Assembly (NCBI GenBank): GCA_051313645.2
Contig: JBNRSN020000071.1
Location: forward strand, 1,550,001-1,614,000
Direction of reading: 5' to 3'
Length of the DNA stretch: 64,000 nucleotides
Source of the DNA: Centroscyllium fabricii
Taxonomy: Eukaryota
Made by a program: the position numbers and the translations under genes. The notes below the pieces were generated by a model. The model was not told where the DNA came from. It ran no database searches and saw nothing but the letters and a program-made list of their open reading frames with translations. Shown piece by piece: positions 63,725-64,000 of the stretch (positions are counted from its first letter, which is position 1; every line of letters starts with the position of its first letter).

Positions 63725-64000
63725 TGTGGTAAACCAGTTGTTGTTGTTGTTGTTATTCACTGTAGTTCATTCTTGCCTGTTGTATATAACCTGCCTGGGC
63801 ATGCCTCTGCTGACTCCGCCTCTGTGGCTCCACCCTCATGCCCTGGTATAAAGGCGACTGCTTTCCAGTCCCCTGGCATTCAGGACCGGTCAACCAGTAG
63901 AGGCATGCTCTCGATCTTTCGTAAATAAAAGCCCGTTAGTTACTTTCTTAACTCCAGTCTTTTGATAGTGATTGCGCATCAATTTTATTTACGAAAAGTT
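63725..64000 (+). mobile_element. 5' LTR (63725-63981) and leader of a further Gypsy element G running out of the window
   Basis: TGTGGTAAACC start, TATAAA, AATAAAAGCC, GCATCA end, then an ATTTTATT leader like those of the other elements. Confidence 0.85.

Overview
Vertebrate genomic DNA, very probably from a cartilaginous fish, judged by HE1-like V-SINEs, Deu-SINEs and abundant CR1 LINEs. Two host genes lie on the minus strand: the first coding exon and probable CpG/YY1 promoter of KLHL22, and the last exon of DDT (D-dopachrome tautomerase). The rest is repeat: a 400-unit, phase-perfect 21-bp array, TG-, G- and C-rich satellites, SINEs, LINE fragments, Penelope-like hairpin insertions, and a dense, partly nested cluster of related Ty3/Gypsy LTR retrotransposons, one with an uninterrupted 1401-aa gag-pol ORF. 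The most striking observation concerns these Gypsy elements. None has a tRNA primer-binding site. In five elements the 12-14 nt after the 5' LTR are instead the exact reverse complement of that element's own LTR poly(A)-signal segment, with compensatory changes between elements. The polypurine tract also sits in a conserved hairpin, and all five RT copies carry YLDN instead of YXDD. Together these suggest a self-priming, tRNA-independent LTR retrotransposon lineage. Family names come from recognition by eye, not from database searches.
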